From the NCBI GenBank assembly GCA_963748825.1, contig CAVVKN010000006.1, positions 64,001 to 128,000 on the forward strand: a DNA stretch of 64,000 nt. The letters are read 5' to 3'. The DNA comes from Methanotrichaceae archaeon (GTDB lineage Archaea > Halobacteriota > Methanosarcinia > Methanotrichales > Methanotrichaceae). Below are positions 58,371 to 64,000 of this stretch, piece by piece. The notes beneath the pieces were generated by a model, which saw only the letters and a program-made list of their open reading frames with translations, was not told the DNA's origin and made no database searches. Numbering within the stretch: position 1 is the stretch's first letter; the number at the start of each line of letters is the position of its first letter. The translations under genes and the position numbers were made by a program.

Positions 58371-59282
58371 CTATTTCTTTAGCCGCTCCATCGTCGCCGC
58401 CACCATCATGGGCAAGGTAATAGTTGCATCGCCGTAAACTGTAACGAATTTCGCGTTTTCCGATATCTTTCCCCAGGAGACTGCCTCGGAGAGGGTGGCA
58501 CCGGATAGACCCCCGTTCTCAGGTGTGTCTGTAGTGAGCTGGATCGCGAGGTCAAAGCTATTAGGGGTGACGAGCATGGACTGCAGAGCGAAGTTCTTGG
58601 GAGCGCCCCCGCCAACTATTACTATTCCTGATCTCTCGCATCCATAGCAGATGTCCACAATCTCCTTGATATCAGCAAAAGCATCTACAGTAAGCTTTTT
58701 TGTCTGGCTGAACATCCAGGCCTGCAGGCCGATCATGGAGTCGGGAAGCGCCGGGCAGAAGACGGGCACTTTCATCTCGTAGGCCGAGCGCAGGATGGAT
58801 CTTTCGTCATTTATTTGACTGCCTAAAATGCTCATCAGCTCTCTTCCGGAAAGAGTCTCCTCTCTATCGGGCATGATTCTTTGCATCAGCTCCTCAAATG
58901 CGGCAAAGTCCTCATCCCTCAGAAATACATCATAAATGCGGCTTTTTCCTTCCGCCCGCAGCGCCGCATCATCAGACTCGGCCTTCCCTAGGCAGTGGCA
59001 GCCGAAGGACTCAATTATGTCATGGACAAGATTGGCTCCTGTGATTACCAGCACATCCACATGGCCTTTTCTGATCAGATCGGAGACGACAATTCTCATG
59101 CCCGCCGGAACCATCGCGCCGGAGAGGGTCAAGAATTTGGTGAAATCTCCAGAAAGCATTTTTTCATAAATAGCCGTAGCTTCTGCCAGTCTTCTGGCTC
59201 CAAAGCCGCAATGGCTCATTCTCTCTACCAGGGCATTTACACTCATCCCCGGCTCGATCTCCAGTTGGTGCACTACATCCAT
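58371..59282 (-). CDS. dys: Deoxyhypusine synthase
   Basis: SGAMVPAG, TGANLVHD, GGGAPKN, GGLSGATLSEAVSWGK, GDATI. Confidence 0.92.
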   Translation of the reverse strand: MDVVHQLEIEPGMSVNALVERMSHCGFGARRLAEATAIYEKMLSGDFTKFLTLSGAMVPAGMRIVVSDLIRKGHVDVLVITGANLVHDIIESFGCHCLGKAESDDAALRAEGKSRIYDVFLRDEDFAAFEELMQRIMPDREETLSGRELMSILGSQINDERSILRSAYEMKVPVFCPALPDSMIGLQAWMFSQTKKLTVDAFADIKEIVDICYGCERSGIVIVGGGAPKNFALQSMLVTPNSFDLAIQLTTDTPENGGLSGATLSEAVSWGKISENAKFVTVYGDATITLPMMVAATMERLKK

Positions 59283-59414
59283 TTAATCACCTTAATGATG
59301 ATAATATTCTTCAGATAGTCCCCGAAAATTGTGATTGAACTTATGCAACGCGAAATTTTTTCTCATAAACCTTTTATACCAGGCCTTATGTTTAGCTTTT
59401 ACGGAGGGTAAACA

Positions 59415-59819
59415 ATGGCCGGCGAACCGATGGCAGTGGTTAATTATATACCACTTATTATATTCTTGATAATGGGAGCTATAGTGCCCATTGCGGCTTT
59501 GGCTGCTATTAAGGTAATAGCGCCCAATAGGCCAAAGCGCCAAAAGCTATCGACATACGAAGGTGGGCTGAAGCCTATCCGCGACGCCAAGATCCAGTAT
59601 AGCGTTCAATATTACCTTTTCGCAATCGTTTTTGTTATATTCGATGTTGAGGTTTTATTCTTATATCCCTGGATCTATGTCTACGCGAATAAGGCAATGC
59701 AGCAGTTCATGATCTTCGGACTCATGAACTACGCCGTCTTCGAGATGCTCCTATTCATCGTTGTACTGCTGGTAGGACTTATCTATGCTATCAAGAAGGA
59801 GGCTTTGCGTTGGGTATAA
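59415..59819 (+). CDS. fpoA: Fpo complex subunit A
   Basis: TYEGG..P, YYLFAIVFVIFDVE..FLYPW, K.ALRW. Confidence 0.93.
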   Translation: MAGEPMAVVNYIPLIIFLIMGAIVPIAALAAIKVIAPNRPKRQKLSTYEGGLKPIRDAKIQYSVQYYLFAIVFVIFDVEVLFLYPWIYVYANKAMQQFMIFGLMNYAVFEMLLFIVVLLVGLIYAIKKEALRWV

Positions 59820-60382
59820 GCGATGTCATACCCGTACCCGTAGCAATCGATGAGGAGATTGAGAAGTGGACCGTATTCGGCCGACCTGTGGCTGAGGTCT
59901 GGTTCACAACTACGGAGAAGATCCATCAAATAATCGAGATGGGACCTATTAAGAATATCTTCAACTGGGGCAGAAAAAATTCGGTATACTTTTTGATGCA
60001 GCCCATGGGGTGCTGTGGTGTGGAGATGTTCGTTTTTGGAGCTGCGCCCTATGACAGCGACAGATTTGGGTGCATTCCGAGAAACACACCCCGTCAAACG
60101 GATGTAATGATCATCTCTGGCTACTTAACCAGGAAGTACCTGCCGGTATTTAAGAATCTCTGGGAGCAGATGCCTGAGCCCAAATGGTGCATAGCCATTG
60201 GCGAGTGCGCTATTTCGGGCGGACCTTTCTATGATTCCTATAATATCATCCAAAACACAGGCGATTACTTCCCCATTGATGTCTTCATACCGGGATGTCC
60301 ACCCCGGCCCGAACAGTTCCTTGAGGGCCTCATCAATCTCCAGGAAAAGATCAAGCAACGCAAGGACAAGCGAGACTACTAA
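59810..60382 (+). CDS. fpoB: Fpo complex subunit B
   Basis: GCCGVEM, PRQTD, GECAISGG, IPGCPPRPE. Confidence 0.94.
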   Translation: MGISDVIPVPVAIDEEIEKWTVFGRPVAEVWFTTTEKIHQIIEMGPIKNIFNWGRKNSVYFLMQPMGCCGVEMFVFGAAPYDSDRFGCIPRNTPRQTDVMIISGYLTRKYLPVFKNLWEQMPEPKWCIAIGECAISGGPFYDSYNIIQNTGDYFPIDVFIPGCPPRPEQFLEGLINLQEKIKQRKDKRDY

Positions 60383-60396
60383 GGAGGGATCTTTTC

Positions 60397-62109
60397 TTGA
60401 TAACAGCAAGCGAGGTCTTAAGTTCCATCCAGTCCGCATTTCCTGGAGCCGTCCAAGACTCCAGGGTGGAATCGGACCGGAGGCTTTGGGCCACAATTGA
60501 CTCTAATAAGATTTTGGATGTCTGCAAACACCTCAGTTCTAAGCATAGCTTTGATCACTACTCTGGTTCTGCAGGTGTGGACTGGATAGCCAGAAAGGAG
60601 ATGGAAGTGGTAGCGATCATGGCCAGCCACGGTGCACATCAGGTTGTGGCCATGCTGAAAATAAAGACACCCCGCGAAAATCCTTCCGTCAAGTCCTTGA
60701 CCGGGCTGTACTGGAATGCCAGCTGGTATGAGCGAGAGATCTGGGAGATGCTTGGCATCAATTTCGAGGGCCATCCCGAGCTTTATCCTTTACTCCTATC
60801 TGATGAGTTGATGGGGGCCTGGCCCTGGAGAAAGGATTACAAGGGCTATCCCGATCTTACCACGGGCGAAAGAGCGGTAGAAATCACCACTCCGGAGGGC
60901 TATACGGAATACCACATTCCTCCCACCCCTGCGGAGATCGAGGCGGGAACTGTGGTTGTAGAGCGGCCCAAGTACCCAACCTTCCGGGAGAGGGAGGAAA
61001 TGGCAATCACCTCGGACTCCGAGATGATTATGCACCTGGGTCCTCAACATGCCATGGTCCCCGGACCCTTCTTGCTGGATATACTGGTGGAAGGTGAAAG
61101 GGTAAAGAAGGCCTTCCTTGATCTAGGGTACATTCACAAAGGCATCGAAAAGATCATGGAGAACAGAACCTGGCTGCAGGGCATAACCTATACGGACAGA
61201 ATGTGCTACGTGGCCTCACTCTCCAACAACGAGTGCTACTGTGGTGCCGTGGAGAAGATCCTGGGCCTGGAAGTTCCAGAGAGGGCGCAGTACATCCGAG
61301 TCATCCTAGAAGAGCTTTCCAGAATTCAAAGCCACCTCATAGGAACAGGCGAGTTCCTGACGCTCGTCGCAGGTGTCGGTTACGCACCATGGCAGTACAT
61401 GATCATGGACAGAGAGAAGATCATCTCTCTGATTGAGAGCGTTACCGGGGCCAGGCTGACTCATACCTTCGTGCGCTTTGGAGGGGTTCGTAACGACCTT
61501 CCGGAAGGCTTCGCCGAGCAATGCCGAAAGGTTTTGCCCTACATGAAGTCCAGGACGGAGGAATTCATTGAGCTATTTGCCCAGGATCCAATTTACCATG
61601 CCAGGATGGAGAATATAGGTTGCATCTCACCTGAGACTGCCAAGCGCATGGGATGCGCAGGGCGGGTGCTGAGGGCGGCGGGCGTGGCCTATGATATGCG
61701 AAAAGAAGACCCCATACTGGTCTATCCCGATCTTGACTTCAAGGTCATAACTGGGACGAGAGGAGACTCTGCCGACAGAATCGACGTCACGCTGAGAGAG
61801 ATATTGGAGAGCATTCACATCATCGAGCAATGTCTGGACAGAATTCCATCCGGACCCATCAAGACCGAGGCAAAGATTCCCAAGAAGGTTCCGGCGGGCG
61901 AGGCCTACTACCGGGTTGAGGATCCCAGAGGCGAGATGGGAATGTATGTGATCAGTGATGGTGGAGACAAGCCCTATCGGGTAAAGGTCAGAGGGCCATT
62001 CTACGCTACCTTCCAGACTTTGACTCCGCTCTTAGAGGGTGTCTACATTGCAGATGCAGTAGCCATTGCCGGTAGCATGGACGGCTGCCCATCTGAGTCG
62101 GACAGATAG
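60397..62109 (+). CDS. fpoCD: Fpo complex fused subunit C/D
   Basis: NuoC-like WYEREIWEMLGI.FEGHP, then NuoD-like GPQH, GYIHKGIEK, DR.CY, EDPRGE, SESDR. Confidence 0.93.
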   Translation: MITASEVLSSIQSAFPGAVQDSRVESDRRLWATIDSNKILDVCKHLSSKHSFDHYSGSAGVDWIARKEMEVVAIMASHGAHQVVAMLKIKTPRENPSVKSLTGLYWNASWYEREIWEMLGINFEGHPELYPLLLSDELMGAWPWRKDYKGYPDLTTGERAVEITTPEGYTEYHIPPTPAEIEAGTVVVERPKYPTFREREEMAITSDSEMIMHLGPQHAMVPGPFLLDILVEGERVKKAFLDLGYIHKGIEKIMENRTWLQGITYTDRMCYVASLSNNECYCGAVEKILGLEVPERAQYIRVILEELSRIQSHLIGTGEFLTLVAGVGYAPWQYMIMDREKIISLIESVTGARLTHTFVRFGGVRNDLPEGFAEQCRKVLPYMKSRTEEFIELFAQDPIYHARMENIGCISPETAKRMGCAGRVLRAAGVAYDMRKEDPILVYPDLDFKVITGTRGDSADRIDVTLREILESIHIIEQCLDRIPSGPIKTEAKIPKKVPAGEAYYRVEDPRGEMGMYVISDGGDKPYRVKVRGPFYATFQTLTPLLEGVYIADAVAIAGSMDGCPSESDR

Positions 62110-62121
62110 GAGGGAGAGGAT

Positions 62122-63174
62122 TTGGACGGAATAATAGAGATCATCACAAAATTCGCTGCCCAGGAGCCGGCAATATTCGCCCTGATCATCGGCATTATCG
62201 GTGCTGCGGTAATCTCTGGTGTGGTCAACGTTGGAGCCATGCTAGTGATCTGGGGCGAGAGAAAGGTACTGAGTGATTTCTGCAATAGGTATGGTCCCAA
62301 TCGTGTGGGCGGAAGATGGGGCATATTGCAGCTGGGTGCCGATGCTATTAAGCTCTTCACCAAAGAGGATATCATCCCTGGTGATGCAGATAAGGCAGTC
62401 TATGTCTGGGCACCGATAGTGGCCTCCATGGCTACCATGCTCGTGGCAGCGGCCATTCCTTTTGGGGCACTACACATCGGCGGCAAGAATGTACCGCTGG
62501 TAGTGGCCAATATGGATATCAGTGCCTTCTATGTAGAGGCAGCCTTGAGCCTGATGGCCATAGCCGTTTTCATGGCAGGCTACAGCTCCAACAATAAGTA
62601 CTCAATTCTGGGTGCCTTCCGAGGCATTGCCAGAATGATCGCTTACGAGGTTCCCATGGGTGTCTGCGTCATATCCGTAGCAGTCATGGCTCACAGCCTC
62701 AACCTGGTGGAGATCGTAGAGAGCCAAACGGTTTGGTACGCCTTCGCTCAGCCTCTGGGATTTGCCATTTTCGTTATAGCCCTGATCACAGATTTGGGAA
62801 GAATTCCCTTCGATCAGAGCGAGGCAGAAGAAGAGATCATATCCGGTTACAATACCGAGTACAGCGGAATTCGCTGGGGTCTGCTCTACTTCCAGGAATA
62901 CAATAACGCGCTCTTGGGATCCATACTGCTGACACTCTTATTCCTGGGTGGCTGGCATGGACCGATCATACCCATACCGATCCTGGACATAATCTCTCCT
63001 TTGATCTGGCTTTTCATGAAGGTAGTAATCGTACTGTGGTTCTTCATTTGGGTCAGAAGCTCGCTCTTCCGTCTGCGCATCGATCAGGTAACTGACTTCG
63101 GATGGAAGTGGATGCTGCCGCTCTCCCTGCTTAATTTGGGATGGGCAGTCCTAATCGGGTCTTACTTTGCATGA
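62122..63174 (+). CDS. fpoH: Fpo complex subunit H
   Basis: ERK, GPNRVG, ADAIKLFTKE, RIPFD..EAE.E, RLRIDQ...GWK. Confidence 0.94.
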   Translation: MDGIIEIITKFAAQEPAIFALIIGIIGAAVISGVVNVGAMLVIWGERKVLSDFCNRYGPNRVGGRWGILQLGADAIKLFTKEDIIPGDADKAVYVWAPIVASMATMLVAAAIPFGALHIGGKNVPLVVANMDISAFYVEAALSLMAIAVFMAGYSSNNKYSILGAFRGIARMIAYEVPMGVCVISVAVMAHSLNLVEIVESQTVWYAFAQPLGFAIFVIALITDLGRIPFDQSEAEEEIISGYNTEYSGIRWGLLYFQEYNNALLGSILLTLLFLGGWHGPIIPIPILDIISPLIWLFMKVVIVLWFFIWVRSSLFRLRIDQVTDFGWKWMLPLSLLNLGWAVLIGSYFA

Positions 63175-63186
63175 GGTGGCATTGAG

Positions 63187-63786
63187 ATGTTGAAGATAAA
63201 GTTATTAAAGAACTTCAGCTGGCCTTTGAAGATCGCCACGCAGGAAATCGAGATTACAAGGCTCTATCCTGAAAAAATGATGGAGCTACCTGCCGCGGAG
63301 AGAGGCATTCACGAGCTGGATGCCACCATATGCATCGGTTGTGGGACCTGCGCCAGGGTCTGCCCCAATAGCTGCATTGAGATGGTCCATTACAAGTATG
63401 GAAGTCCTCTCAAGAACAAGAAGATGCAGTTTCCGCAAATTGACTTTGGAAGGTGTATGTTCTGCGGCCTATGCGTGGACGATTGCCCGGTGGAATGCTT
63501 GAAGATGGGCAAAAAGGTCATAATGGCCGGCTGGGAGCGCAAAGACATTATAAAGGGCCCTGACTTCCTGGCGACAAAGAAGTTCTCTGCCAAAGAGGTT
63601 GCAGATCTCGAGGCTGAGGCCAAGAGGATTGCCGCTGAAAAGGCTGCAGCCAAGAAAGCAGCTGATGCCAAGAAGGCGGCTGATGCCAAAAAGCCGGCGA
63701 AAGAAGGAGATGCTGCTGCCAATGGTGCAGCCAAGAAGAAAGGAGCTGCAGCAGAGGCCAAGCCTAAGGAGGGAGGTGCTGCATGA
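63187..63786 (+). CDS. fpoI: Fpo complex subunit I with Lys/Ala-rich tail
   Basis: CIGCGTCARVCP and CMFCGLCVDDCP ferredoxin motifs. Confidence 0.93.
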   Translation: MLKIKLLKNFSWPLKIATQEIEITRLYPEKMMELPAAERGIHELDATICIGCGTCARVCPNSCIEMVHYKYGSPLKNKKMQFPQIDFGRCMFCGLCVDDCPVECLKMGKKVIMAGWERKDIIKGPDFLATKKFSAKEVADLEAEAKRIAAEKAAAKKAADAKKAADAKKPAKEGDAAANGAAKKKGAAAEAKPKEGGAA

Positions 63787-64000
63787 TGTCGGAAAAGTCG
63801 GGCACAAATGTCATTCGGACAATCTTCGAGCTATTGGTTTTGCTCTTAGCTCTGGGTGTGATCTTCGGTGGCCTGGCGTTGGTTGTTCTTCTGTCGCCCT
63901 GGTCGCAAACGGTCTTGGATAAGCTATTGGCCTACGACATACGATTTGCCATTGAGCTTGTGGCCTTCCTGACCATTGCTGCAATCATCGTGCTTTTATC
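63783..64000 (+). CDS. fpoJ: Probable Fpo subunit J (partial, runs off the window)
   Basis: ATGA overlap with fpoI stop; hydrophobic MMSEKSGTNVIRTIFELLVLLLALGVIF...; operon position. Confidence 0.65.
   Translation, partial: MMSEKSGTNVIRTIFELLVLLLALGVIFGGLALVVLLSPWSQTVLDKLLAYDIRFAIELVAFLTIAAIIVLL

Noticed and set aside
60397-62109. fpoC-fpoD fusion as a novelty
   Set aside because: C/D fusions are common in complex I-like enzymes and recalled as typical of Methanothrix
1-64000. CRISPR array or cas genes
   Set aside because: No regularly spaced short direct repeats with unique spacers and no cas-like ORFs seen

Overview
Chromosomal segment of a methanogenic archaeon. Gene content (fused fpoCD, Lys/Ala-tailed FpoI, atwA, methanogenesis markers 9 and 14) points to Methanothrix/Methanosaeta; this is an inference, not a database result. 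About 0-27 kb and 53.4-64 kb are mostly housekeeping: tupABC, tfx, radA (one-base frameshift), rpa, atwA, metG, radB, citG, tRNA-Gly(CCC), queE, ubiX, deoxyhypusine synthase and the start of the fpo operon. About 27.3-53.4 kb is a mosaic accessory island centred on an intact four-gene PolB2 cassette (truncated RadA-like protein, 72-aa unknown, small helical partner, PolB2). Four decayed GC-rich copies of the front of that cassette lie in the same orientation and bracket unrelated cargo genes. The island also holds an extra TBP, duplicated regulators, a RelE-type TA pair, TPR/HEAT genes, and IS1634 and ISAzo13 elements with readable ends and target duplications. The most novel signal is a motif, ACTTTCG(CCCCGC), found about 16-20 bp upstream of TATA-like boxes before radA, the PolB2 cassette and several island promoters. 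It is a candidate operator of an undescribed DNA-damage (SOS-like) regulon coupled to a repeat-based gene-capture island. All family assignments are by eye from recognised motifs; no searches were run.
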